A stretch of 64,000 bases of DNA, from the NCBI GenBank assembly GCA_052327205.1, contig CM126209.1, positions 121,396,001 to 121,460,000 of the forward strand. Reading direction: 5' to 3'. Source of the stretch: Somniosus microcephalus. Its lineage: Eukaryota. Both the position numbers and the translations under genes were made by a program. Shown here in pieces: positions 13,105 through 24,945 of the stretch; the first letter of the stretch is position 1, and each line of letters opens with the position of its first letter. The notes beneath the pieces were generated by a model. That model saw only the letters and a program-made list of their open reading frames with translations, was not told the DNA's origin and did no database searches.

Positions 13105-13365
13105 TAAGAAAGACTTGAATTTATGCAGCGCCATTCACAACCTCAGGACTTCCCAAAGCACTTTACAGCTAATGAAGAATTTTTGAAGTGTTGTCCCTGT
13201 TATAATGTAGGAAACGCGGCAGCCAATTTGCAGCCAGCAGAGTCCCACAATCAGCAGTGTGATAATGACCAGATAATCTGTTTTTAGATATTGGCCAGGA
13301 CACCGGGGATAACTCCCCTGCTCTTCTTTGAAATAGTGCCATGGGATCTTTTATGTCCACATCTT
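13105..13365 (-). mobile_element. Deu-domain SINE (SacSINE1-like) fragment
   Basis: Homologous to 42205-42635 (+); contains AAATTGGCTGCC..TTTCCTACATTA and GCATAAATTCAAGTCTTTC tail. Confidence 0.7.
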
Positions 13366-13939
13366 GTCCGAATGATGGTACTTTCGACAGAAAGAAATAT
13401 AACTGGTGGAAATAAAGATGAGTCATCATACACCAGGTTGTTTTTCCAATTAGTGGGATGAGGGATGTGGTTTGCCCCAAGGATCTGTAATGGGACCTCT
13501 TCTGTTTTTCATTTATATAAATGATTTGGACATTGGCACAAGAGGCATGATATCAGAGTTAGAAGAATTTTTTTTTTTTTTTTTTACAGAGGGTTGATAG
13601 AGCTGTAATGCTTCACCACAAGTGACTATTAAGCCAGACTATAACATTATTTAGAAAGGAATTGAAGAACTATTTGAAAACAATATATAAAAAGATTCAG
13701 GGAAAAGGCAGGGAAGGAGGATTAATTAGTTCTAATTGAAGAGCTAGCACTGGGCTGCATGGCTTACCTGGCCATGATTCTGTTGCCAGGGCCCAGGGGT
13801 CACATATAGCCCATGGACCCCTGTTTGGGCACCATTGTCCTAGTTTGCCTCCAGTGACTGCACTTCAAAAAAATAATTCATTGACAGAGAGGCCCTTTGG
13901 AATGTCCTGAGGATGTGAAAGACGCTATATAAACACAAG

Positions 13940-15985
13940 GAGGGTGAAATTGGATAGCACGAAGAAATGGGCACGTGCACCACGATGCGAGATATGCCCA
14001 TGCACGTTCAAGGAGCGCAAGAAGCATGTGCTGCCTGCTAATTATAATTATTGTAGTGCACAGCCTAGCGCTGAACGTGCTGCTGACAGGCTGTGCATTC
14101 ATCAGGGGGCCAAAGTTCATGTTGTTCGAGCAAGGCTAGCTTTACTTAAGCTAGCCTGCTCCTCTTAAAGGCAGTCTGCACCTCTTAAAGGTGAGCTGCC
14201 TTCTGCAGATGCAAAATTTTAAAAGCGCTTCAGCACTAACCCAAATGGCTCAGCAGGCCAGGGAAAGGGCACCCAGCGTCTTGGACACAGAACTACAGCT
14301 TTGTGTAGGGCATCAACACTGGACCCACAGGGGGCCAGGAGGCCCTCCAGAAAGAAGGATGTGGGACCAGATCACCGAGGTGGTCACAGCTTGCATTGTT
14401 GCCCCTGGTCCTGGCTCCAGCGGCCAAAAAAGTTTCATGACCTCAGACGAGTGGTCAAGGTCAGTGAATGCATCTTCAAAAGCTGTCTCCTATCAATTGC
14501 ACCACGAGCCTCACACATTGCTCCATGTGCGACCCCTTCCCCCGCCCCATCAGTCACCTACTAACAAACACGAGGCACACCTCACATTCCTAACTTCACT
14601 TCAGCCCGTTGGAGGAGATGGTGCTGGCCATTCTTGGCAGGGACATGGCTGAGCCCTTGGCCAGTGGCAGGGCTGAAAGAATACAAGATGCTGGTATCCT
14701 CATACATTATCCTCTTTTTCACATCCCACTTCTCCCTCATCCCACACTATCTTCTGATTTACAAGCCTCACATGATGTAAGCATGTACCTCTTGCTTTAC
14801 CCCCCCTCCCCTCACCACAACCCTAGCCTTGTGCCTTCTTCATTACAGACACCTAAGAAAGCCAGCCTGCCCAGCCAGTGGGTCAACAAGAAGAGGGGGA
14901 GGAGAGTGAAGAAGATGAAGAAACACCGTCACTCGATTTGACACCCCCAGCCAGCAGCTTCTCGAGGTCGTCCTGCAAGACTATCTGCAGTGTCCCCCAC
15001 AGAAAGTCAGCAGCCTTCTACCAGCCATGCTGCAGCCACTGGGGTAGCACTGTGTAGGAGCTGTAGGATAGGCAAAGGCACAAACAAGACACTCACTAAG
15101 GGAATGCACAAGGGGGATTAGTTGATTTTTTGATGTAATATTGGATGCATATATGGATAAAGTTGGATTGGAAAGTTTGCTTTGTGTTGGCTTTTATTTC
15201 AGCATTGTGGCCAAGAGGATGCTGTGATGGTCAGTAACAGAGGGAAGGTAAGATGTGGGACGAATTTTGAAAGGGGAATTCGGGTTGCGTTCACTGGTAC
15301 TGCAGGCAGATGATTCGGGCCCGCATATCCCAGCCAGAAAGGGGCTGTCTGGGTTGCCACCTTCCTTCTGCTTCCTCCTCTTCTGCTTCTTCCTCTTCCT
15401 CCTCCTCCTCTTCCTTCCCTCCTCCTCCTCCTCCCTTTGCTGCCTCTGCTCCATCTCTATGTCATGCTGCAGCCCAAGGGGGATTGCAACTAGAGTCCCC
15501 AGGACTGGGACAAAGTGGTGTTCTCAGGGGCCTTCCTTTAAGAGCCAAAGCCTTGCAAGCATCCAGCTGCACTCCCTTCACACTTTAACAACTTTTTAAA
15601 TGTCTTACACCAAGCCACTACTCAAATAAAATGTAAAGAAACCAGTACAAAAGCAAAAATCTAAACTTACCTGAAAGTTGCATGTATCCCTATAAGAAGC
15701 GATGGTAGGGGGTCTGTTGTACAGCTGAACGCACATTCTGCCGTGCGTGCTTTGGAGAGGGCATTAAAAGGAGTGGCGATGTCCAAAATACCAGAACATG
15801 CATCAATTCATGATCTGACTCATCTAAATATCTGGAGCAGCGCAGGCAGCAACAGTGTTGCCGACATGCGCAAAATGGTGGCCGTCGTGTTCTGCGCCAG
15901 AAGTGGCTGGATGTGAGGCAGCCGCCATTTTTTCTTCCAAACCGGCCTTAATGGCTGGTGCAAATGGGCCGAATTTCACGGCCAA
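13940..15985. mobile_element. Degenerate internally deleted Harbinger element
   Basis: Myb-like MAQQARERAP...KKFHDLRR remnants (+, 14240-14940); transposase acidic-tail remnant (-, 15250-15530); GGGTGAAATT / AATTTCAC-like ends. Confidence 0.6.
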
Positions 15986-16964
15986 GCTCTTTTGAATTTG
16001 CAGTTTGCTGAAGTCGGCAAGTATTTTTTTAACTAAAGAAACTAGTTTAAAAGGGGCGTGCCTGGAGGACATTTGTTAGGTTAATCTCTTTCTCTTTAGC
16101 AAGTGAGAAGTACTGGAACAGCCATGGCCCATTGACATCACAATAATGTCACATGTAAGTGATGTGTGTGCGTGTAATGTGTTCCGAGATAATTTACATC
16201 AATGTTACTTTTTCACCACTTTAACACCAAGGGAAAACTGTAGTTTATTCCTGCCCTGTGGAAATTAGCAGCCATGTGTATTAACATTATTGTTTGTCTT
16301 CCGAAACATGATGCAGGGAAATTAGGCGGATGAGCTCCTGAGTAACATAATGTTTACAGGAGAAAGGAAAATCATTTTTCCAGAACAAACTCTCATGATG
16401 GAAACCTTTACTAGGGACAGAGAACGGTACCGTGGACCTCAGGTGTTGATATCCGAGTTCCTGACCTTCACCCTTTCTATGTGTGAGGGTCAGGATAAGA
16501 AGGAGGGTCACAAGCACTGTTCCCTCTAAGGTGCGCGGCTGCGCTCGCACACTAATCCCTGAGCTCCCACGCAGCTGAATTGAAATGCCCTGCAGAGAGC
16601 TGGACAGTAGCTGGAGCGGGGGAGGGGCCCAATACACGATGGCCCCGGGAATCCAGACAGACTCGTTTGTGAGTCTTGCGGCCTCAGAAGCCAATCACAA
16701 CTGCAGCTCTTGAAGCGTGTGTTCCGATGGTTGCTGTGTAACGCTGGGAGGGGTTTGGTTTTCTCCCTTGAATTTGGACCTTTCAGTGGGACAGCGGAAG
16801 AATCCCCCGCACTTTGATTATTTGCCTTTGCAGCCTTCCGTGCTGGCTCACAGTATACCGGAGCCGTGCATGCGCAGTATCCAGATAGGCCGCACTTTCG
16901 TTGACTTCATGCAGAGGTCAGGGGATCCGTTGGTGGCCAGTGGGGGAAAGGTCGAGGATCGAAA

Positions 16965-18371
16965 GGGGGGAGAGAGAGAATCGGAGGAGGGAGAGAGAGA
17001 GACTGGGGGAGAGAGATACCGGGGAGAGAGAGAGAGAGACTGGGGAGAGAGAGAGAGAAACTGGGGTGGGGGAGGAGAGAGAGAGAGACAGGGAGAGAGA
17101 GAGGGACTGGGGGAAGAGAGAGAGTGACTGGGGGAAGAGAGAGAGAGACTGGGGGAAGAGAGAGAGAGACTGGGGAAGAGAGACTGGGGGAGAGAGAGAG
17201 ACTGGGAGAGAGAGAGACTGGGAGAGAGAGAGAGACTGGGGGAGAGAGAGAGACGGGGGGGAGAGAGAGACTGGGGGTGAGAGAGAGACTGGGGGAGAGA
17301 GAGAGACTGGGGGAGAGAGATACTGGGGGGAGAGAGAGAGAGAGACTGGGGAGAGAGAGAGAGAAACTGGGGTGGGGGAGGAGAGAGAGAGAGATGGGGT
17401 GAGAGAGAGACGGGGTGAGAGAGAGACAGGGAGAGAGAGAGACTGGGGGGAAGAGAGAGAGAGACGGGGAAGAGAGAGAGAGACGGGGGAGAGAGAGAGA
17501 GACTGGGGATGAGAGAGAGAGACTGGGGAGAGAGAGAAACTGGGTGAGAGAGAGAGAGACTGGGGAGGAGAGAGAGAGGCTGGGGAGGAGAGAGAGAGAC
17601 GGGGAGGAGAGAGAGACTGGGGAGGAGAGAGAGAGACTGGGGTGAGAGAGACTGGGGAGAGAAAGAGAGACTGGGGGAGGAGAGAGGGACTGGGGGAGGA
17701 GAGAGAGACTGGGGAGAGAGAGAAACAGGGGAGAGAGAAAGAGAGACTGGGGAGGAGAGAGACTGGGGAGGAGAGAAACTGGGGGGGAGAGAGAGAGGGG
17801 GCGGGGGGAGAGAGAGAGGGGTGGGGGAGAGAAAGAGGGGCTGGGGAGAGAGAGAGAGAGACTGGGGGAGGAGAGAGAGACTGGGTGAGACGGGGGTGAG
17901 AGAGAGAGATGGGGTGAGAGAGAGAGACGGGGAGAGAGAGAGAGACGGGGAGAGAGAGAAACTGGGGGTGAGAGAGAAACGGGGTGAGAGAGAAACTGGG
18001 TGAGAGAGATGGGGAGAGAGAGAGAGAGAGATGGGGAAGAGAGAGCGAGACGGGGAGAGAGAGCGACTGGGGGGAGAGAGAGAGAGACGGGGAGAGAGAG
18101 AGACTGGGGAGAGAGAGAGAGAAAGATGGGGAACAGAGAGAGACTGGGGGAGAGAGAGAAACTTGGGGAGAGAGAGAGAGAAACTGGGGGAGAGAGAGAG
18201 AAACTGGGGGAGAGAGAGACTGGGGGGGACAGAGAGACGGGGAGAGAGAGAGGGACTGTTGAGAGAGAGAGACTGGGGGAGTGAGAGAGAGACTGGGGGA
18301 GGAGAGAGTGACTGGGCGAGAGAGAGAAAAACTGGGGGAGGAGAGAGGGAGATGGGGAGAGAGAGAGAGAC
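16965..18371 (+). repeat. GA-rich degenerate tandem array (GAGAGAGAGACTGGGGGA-like); continues at 28847-29085 and 29856-30045
   Basis: Visible purine-rich repeat; the three pieces are separated by the ERV and a LINE. Confidence 0.95.
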
Positions 18372-19840
18372 TGCAAAGGAATAGCCATATTTCAGAAAAA
18401 TACACTATCCTAGGAATGGAATTTTGACTTTATTAAAACATGAAAACTGGGTTTAAAAATCTAAAAGCCTCAAAGACACAAATCTGTAGATACAGGCTTC
18501 TGAGATAAGATGGGTTTGTTGACACAAAGCTGTAAACACCATACAAGCTTTTGAAATGGGTATGGCTGTCAATACTAAAACAAAGGCCCTATTGAAGAAG
18601 CAAAGGGTTGCTTCCAGAAAGTCTGCAGTTTGGGAGAAACACAATATCATTACCCAGTTTAAAGTGTTATAAACTAACACTTCGAACAGATACACAGAAC
18701 ATTAAAAAGCCATGTGCCTTTGATAAAAGTAACATCAAATGAAAGACAGGAGACATAAGTTTGTAATACAACCAACTAAGATGGCTAGGAAAACAATCAA
18801 GTACTTGGTTGAAGTGTTTTTGATTTACATATTGTAAAAGGTACAAACAGAAGACTTTGTAGATATGATATCAATAGATGCACCAAGCAATCACATTGTG
18901 TTTGTACTGAACTTGGAATAACTGGGAGACGAGAAGTCTGCTTTCAACCAGCTAAAGTGATTTAAGAATTAAATAGAAGACCTTCGTAAGAATGGCATCA
19001 AATAGATACATCTGTCATAACCATTTTTTATGATAAGCTTTGAACACCTACATAGCAGACAGAATTCTGCAAGCTAACAGCTGAATTGACAGTAAGAAAG
19101 AAAAAAAGTCAACAGAAATATGACTAGAGATAATTAGCTTACATCAGCAGAAAACTTCAAAGGATATACCACTGCATAAAGAGTATAAAAAATAAAACTT
19201 TCAGATAGGAAGTCAGAAGTCGCTGAAAGGGGTAAGCGATTCTCTCACTCTTCAGAGGCAGGCTCTGTAAGTTTTTAACTCTTTGAGTCTCGGGGGTCAA
19301 AAGGGTACCTTTATTTGATTTTGGTGGATATCCTAGATTAGAAATAAGGCTTAGAAATGTAAAAATGTAATGAAGTTAAGATTTGAGAATAAGGATCTCT
19401 GAGAATAAGAATTGTAAGCTATTTGTTTTTAGAACTGTTAATATTGCGACTCAAATCACCAGCTGTTAAATACATGTTGGTTCTTTAATAAATCTACATT
19501 TTTTTAGAATTGTTTCACAGAGTACTTCTGTATCAAACTTGTGAACTCAATTTCTGTACACTCTTTGGTGAGGAGTTGCAGAGTTCTGGGGATGTTTTCC
19601 GAACCCTCATAATATCCGGAAGGTTACAGTCTAGTTAAACTTACTAAAAGTGCTATCTGGAAGACGGTAAGATCTTCAAGTCATTCCTTTCCTTTAGGGA
19701 GAGATAGTCTGGACCTTTAGACCCAATTAAGCGTCTTATAGGATTCGGCTTTCTCTAACTTTAGTTGAAGGCGAACGTCTGGGGAATATGCCTGATCCGG
19801 GGTAGCCTGAAAAGGGCTAGGATTAGTAATTATCCCTTTA
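18372..19840 (+). repeat. ERV 5' LTR (TATAAAA 19184, donor GTAAGT 19267, AATAAA 19487)
   Basis: Direct repeat of 27378-28846; starts TG; followed by PBS. Confidence 0.95.
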
Positions 19841-19842
19841 GT

Positions 19843-19856
19843 TGGCACCCAATGTG
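19843..19856 (+). promoter_or_regulatory. PBS, tRNA-Lys1,2-type
   Basis: TGGCACCCAATGTG equals TGGCGCCCAACGTG with two CpG-type transitions. Confidence 0.8.
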
Positions 19857-20194
19857 TGTGTTAACAAGTTGATACAGAACCTATACTTATATTTATATCT
19901 ATATCATCTTGTAGATTGTTAAGTATAGAAGAAGTGTTTTACTGACAGTGGTACTAAGACCCAGATTTATGTCTCTAGAGACAACAAGTCCCTGATCAGG
20001 CCTTGTAGAACTTAAATCAGAACTTCCTCAATATACCATTGAGGTCTAAAAATTTCTTATAAAGTTCATATTAAACCCTAACCGAGGTTAGGTCCTGACG
20101 AAATGGCAAACTGTTGGAATTGGCTAAGTCTTTTTATTAGGAAATTGAAACGATTGCTTTATTAGGGGAAATAATCCTATCCCTATACCTCCAC

Positions 20195-20750
20195 GAAACA
20201 TAGAAACATAAAAGATAGGAGCAGCAGTAGGCCAGTCGGCCCCTTGAGCCTGTTCTGCCATTTAATGAGATCATGGCTGATTATCCAAATTCAGTACCCT
20301 GTCCCTGCTTTCTCCCCATATCCCTTGACCCCTTTAGCCTTAAGAAATATATCTAACTCCTTCTTGAATATATTTAATAAGTTGGCCTCAACTGCCTTCT
20401 GTGGTAGAGAATTCCCCAAGTTCACCACTCTCTGGGTGAAGAAATTCCCTCTCATCTCAGTCCTAAATGGCTTACCCCTTATCTTTAGACTGTGGCCCCT
20501 TGGTCTGGACTCCCCCGCCATCGGGAACATCCTTCCTGCATCTAGTCTGTCTAGTCCTGTTAGAATTTTATAAGTTTCAATGAGATCCCCTCTCATTCTT
20601 CTAAACTCTAGCGAATATAAGCCTAATTGACCCAATCTCCCTTCATATGTCATTCCTGCCATCCCAGGTATCAGTCTGGTGAATCTTCGCTGCACTCCCT
20701 CCATGGCAACAACATCCTTCCTCAGATAAGGCGACAAAACTGCACACAAG
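20195..20750 (-). mobile_element. CR1 LINE 3' fragment inserted in ERV gag
   Basis: ORF 20291-20869 part ([13 protein letters not shown]...RGDLIETYKIL...FFTQRVV) and CATAGAAA tail. Confidence 0.9.
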
Positions 20751-21758
20751 ACCAAGTGATAATTTTTGAAATAGAAGGCTTTGATGCCGACGGAGCTGTT
20801 AGAACTCATCGCACGATTAATGTTGATCCCCAGAACCAGGGGATACAGAATATCCTGCGGGATAATCAAACAAATACTCCAAATCCACTAAATTCCTTAA
20901 TGATAAGGTGCACACCTGCACAACTGGGAGGCCTAATGAACGGTGCCCAACAAGGTGGTGGCAACCATGGCCAAATAGCAGGACCCGGAGCAGCCTATGC
21001 TCCTGGGGGCCATGGATTCCAGTTAAGGTGGCAAGCTCATGATGAAATAAATGACCACAATCTTCGAGAAAACTATAGACAGCTTAGAATCCATTATAAT
21101 CAATGCCGACAGGCACTAGCTCAATCTTATTTAAATGCTGAGGTGCAATGATTAATGGTCCAGTAAGCCAACCCCGGCAACCACAAATTGCACCCCTAGG
21201 TCAAGTAAACCTGAGCTCTATCTACACAATGTGTGGTAGACTGTGAAATACCAGCCAGGAAAAAACCTGCTGGCTTCTAACTAACCTTGATAAATTGGAA
21301 AACTGTTGCCAAGGTTGGAATGCCCAACACCTGAGGCAACTACTGCAAATGATACTACGTAAATACCCCCATTAAACCAGTGTAACAACTCGGTTCAAAT
21401 ATATGCTTATGTTCTCACGGCAACTCAGGGAGGGCATGTAATGGGTTCCATCAAGGAAATACTCACTAATACAGCCAAGGGCTGGTAGCTGCCTATAGAA
21501 TAGGCAAAGTACTTACACAGGATAACTGGGACATTGTCCACAGTTGCCTGGCCAATCAATATCAAAATACAGCCCTCAGACTTGCCTGTGAGGGTGCTCT
21601 AAACGATTATCGAGATAACCAACAAAGATGGGATAATGTCAATCGCATTATCCAATTAAATCATGACCTCTTAGGTCTACCACAAACTAAACCTATAATG
21701 AGATCAGAAACTAGGGATAAAAAAAACGGAGAAGGTACCTTTGGTACTCAGAAACAAG

Positions 21759-22515
21759 GGCCTAGATTTTCAGTATAGACAGTTTTGGGGCGCTAACCTT
21801 TGCGCCCGCCCGAAGTTAGCGCCCGCCCCAAAGTAGCGCCCCGTTGCCGGAAATTCAGTGGCTTCGCCCTAAGAGGTTGGTGGAGCGCTAAAAGAGGCGT
21901 TCCACTACTATCTTTAGGCGCTAAGCCGGCGGTGCAGAGCGCAACACCCGAGCTCGGGCGCAGCGCACGGCAGACACTCTGGTGCCAGTGAGCTCTTAAA
22001 GGGGAAGGGTGCATGTGTTTTTTTTCCATAGGCAGAGTTTGGGGGGAAAAGATGACGAGGAGGAGGAGGAGGAGGAGGAGGAGGAGGAGGAGGTGGTGGT
22101 GGTGGTGGTGGTGGTGGTGTCCGGAAACATAAATACACCGTTCACAACCACACACTTGATCCTTCCACACAACACATGCAGAGTGCCGTATATGGTGCAG
22201 GAGGAGTGCCCTTTAATTTGCGCTCCCCAGGGTGTGTTGCGTTCCATTTTACAAACGCTCTGGACGCCAGCCGCACAATGGGGCGGTCCGACTGAAGTTT
22301 GGATTCGGGGCGGCCAAAGGGCGTTGCACGAGGATGTGACGTCATCTTCTGCGCGCGCATCCGGGCGGCCGCTAAACTTTGCGCCGGCGCTAACGGGCAA
22401 CTTAATTTGGGGCGGGGCGCAAACTGCGCTGCGCCCAGGCGCTACACGCATAGCGCCCGAAAATCACTTCTCTTAAGGCGCTAACTGCTGGCGCAAGCAA
22501 CTGAAAATCTAGCCC
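21759..22515. mobile_element. Harbinger-type MITE inserted in ERV gag, with (GAG)n(GTG)n microsatellite
   Basis: 16-bp TIRs GGCCTAGATTTTCAGT / ACTGAAAATCTAGCCC; TSD AAG/ATG; removing it restores the gag frame (KQGLY). Confidence 0.85.
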
Positions 22516-24945
22516 ATGGACTATATAGACCGAAGTCTCAAGTCCACCCCGCCCAGACACAAACTCGTGGCTCGGGGCCCCCAAGAGGGTATTCCAGAAG
22601 GTTTACACCCCCAACTCACCCACAATACGAGAAAGATTTCTCCCCAGAAAGATGGGATAGACGAGGGGCTAGACCTCGAAAGGAAAGCGAAGGACAGTGG
22701 ACTCCCTATGGGGGCAGTTTCTACACTGGCCAAAACTATCAGAGAGCCATGGGAGGATACTGGGAAAACCGAAATGGGGATTAAAAAGATTCCCGGCAGA
22801 ACCAATGTCCACCCCAACAGGAGGATCGTCAAGATAATAAACGGTCTGACAAACCCCCTCAGGGATCTGGAAAACATGATACCCCCAAGAGGGAGGAACA
22901 AAAATCAGTTAAAATAATTAAAGACAAAGGAGCAAATGAAACTCAGCATCCTGAGGATGAACAATCCCAGGATTGGAGGCCTGGCACCCAGCCAGGGCCT
23001 CTTGAATTCCCCTATGCCCTCGCAACCTTGCCCACAAACACACAAGTGAAGGCCCTGTTTGATACGGGAGCTGATTACACTGTAGTAGATCCTGCAATTA
23101 TAAAAACTAAGTAGACAGGTTTGGGAAGCCCAATTTGTAAAAAATCATTAGGGGGATTCACACAAGAGAAAACCAAAATAGTTAATTTTTATAAAATACC
23201 TATTACTAAATATGGAATCACGGTGACCCTAGATGTAGGACTGGTACCACAATTGGCCTGTTCCCTCATTATAGGACAACCAGACATGAAACATTACCTT
23301 AAAACTTCAACCAGACTTGTAGAAGCAGCCACAGACCAGGATGACAGGGAAAAACATGTTTGAACACAGCTTGATCGAACTTGCCTAGAGGGGGAAGGCA
23401 AAGACCTCCTCAAGCAGCTCATTAATAGATACTACTCTTATCTATAACGCCATCCAAATCAATGTGGAAAGATAGAGCATCTCCCCATCATGGAGGATGA
23501 TGATACGGAGGAGGGAATCAGACAAATACCTATGAGACCGCTCAGAGAGTACCATCAAGTCATTTACTGTGATTGATCATCGATGACGATTAAAAAAGTG
23601 ACATCCCAACAATCCTCAGCTGGGATGGGGATAGTAGTAGGGACTTTGAGATTCCTATTCTTTTTATCCAGAAGAATTACTGTCTATACCCCTTGGCCAT
23701 AAGACAGTGCAATATGCTGAAGCCGCAGCATTACGGTATGCTTTAGAAAAGGCAGACCCTATTAAACCCACACTAATCTTTATGGATAGTGACTATTGTA
23801 AAAGAGGATATAACTAAGATCTAGTTTTCTGGGAACAAACAAATTTTACCAATCATAAGGGTAAACCCATAAAATATAAATCATTGTGGGAAGATATTCT
23901 CCGTTCGAGAATGGAGAAACAGAATTGTCAGGTGATTCATGTAAACGGGCATACCACTGGGACAGTACACTCAAAAGGAAACAGCCTTGCAGACGAACAA
24001 GCAAAACGTTCAGTCTGCATGACACCCCCTCGACAGGGACCTGTCAATGTTAGTGTAATCACTAGGGCAGAACGGGCAGCTAATCAGAATGAGGAACTGA
24101 TTCAGCTATTAGACCCAACAAAAGAGAATACACCAGGATATCCACCAAAGTACTTTGACTCGGAAACCCCTACGGGTATTGTGCTAGTTAAGTTGCCCAA
24201 GGGAAACCGAGAGGTACCCCCGAGACACAAATGAGGACAGCTTGTAAAAGAAGCTCACGAGGGCATAAGTCAAGCACATTTTGGTGCCAGAACAACATTC
24301 TGCAAATTGACCTGTAAAACATATGTGGCAAATTGTGAGCCATGCTATTTAACCAATAAGTCATCACTAATTAAGCCACCACCATTGGCTCCTGTGAAGG
24401 CTGATGAGCCAATGGGAAAATTCTTTATTGACTTTATTGGACCACTTTCCCCGTCTTTGGGATATAGACATGTTCTCGTTTGTGTAGATGGATGGACTTC
24501 CTTCTGCTGGCTGGTCCCCACAAAAACTGTTTCGGAAAATGCACTTGCCAGGGCTATTTCTGATATAATTACTGTAGCTGTGCACCCAAAACCTTACACT
24601 CCGATCAAGGATTCAAGGTTTTCAAAGACTACTGCGAACAAAGGGGGATTGGGTTAGAGCACAGCACGCCACATCATCCGCAATCAGCGGGGCTGGCGGA
24701 ATGTAAAAACCAGGGAGTAAAAAAGCTATTGGTCAAACTGTTGAGAATCAGGGGGAATAAGTGGACCACCATCATTCTGGAGGTGCAGCTATCACTCAAT
24801 AATGTGCCCACATCTGCATCAGGGACAGTGTCCCCTAAAACTCCATATTATCTGATGTATGGGCTTGAGATGCCTACACCGCTTACCCATAGTTCTTTTA
24901 TTGCCTCTACACACTCTGAGTCCTTGACCCGACAGCAACAGTTAG

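Larger units (their letters stand above)
20103..22950 (+). pseudogene. gag: Foamy-type gag, disrupted by stops, frameshifts, a CR1 and a MITE
   Basis: CA-like QGLVAAYRIGKVLTQDNWDIV...NHDLLGL (21475-21680) resembles foamy EGVATAYTLGMMLSGQNYQLV...YEILGL; Gly/Arg-rich C-terminus; no CCHC knuckle; 3' boundary approximate. Confidence 0.8.

Noticed and set aside
16901-18405. Long ORFs (up to 495 aa, Ser/Leu/Pro or Glu/Arg rich)
   Set aside because: Artefacts of the stop-poor GA array
18453-18695. Antisense ORF present in both LTRs (also 27439-27702)
   Set aside because: Short, non-ATG start; duplication is explained by LTR identity
24640-24648. AAAGGGGGA in integrase as a central PPT
   Set aside because: Short, imperfect match to the 3' PPT and explained by coding (KGG/RGI codons)
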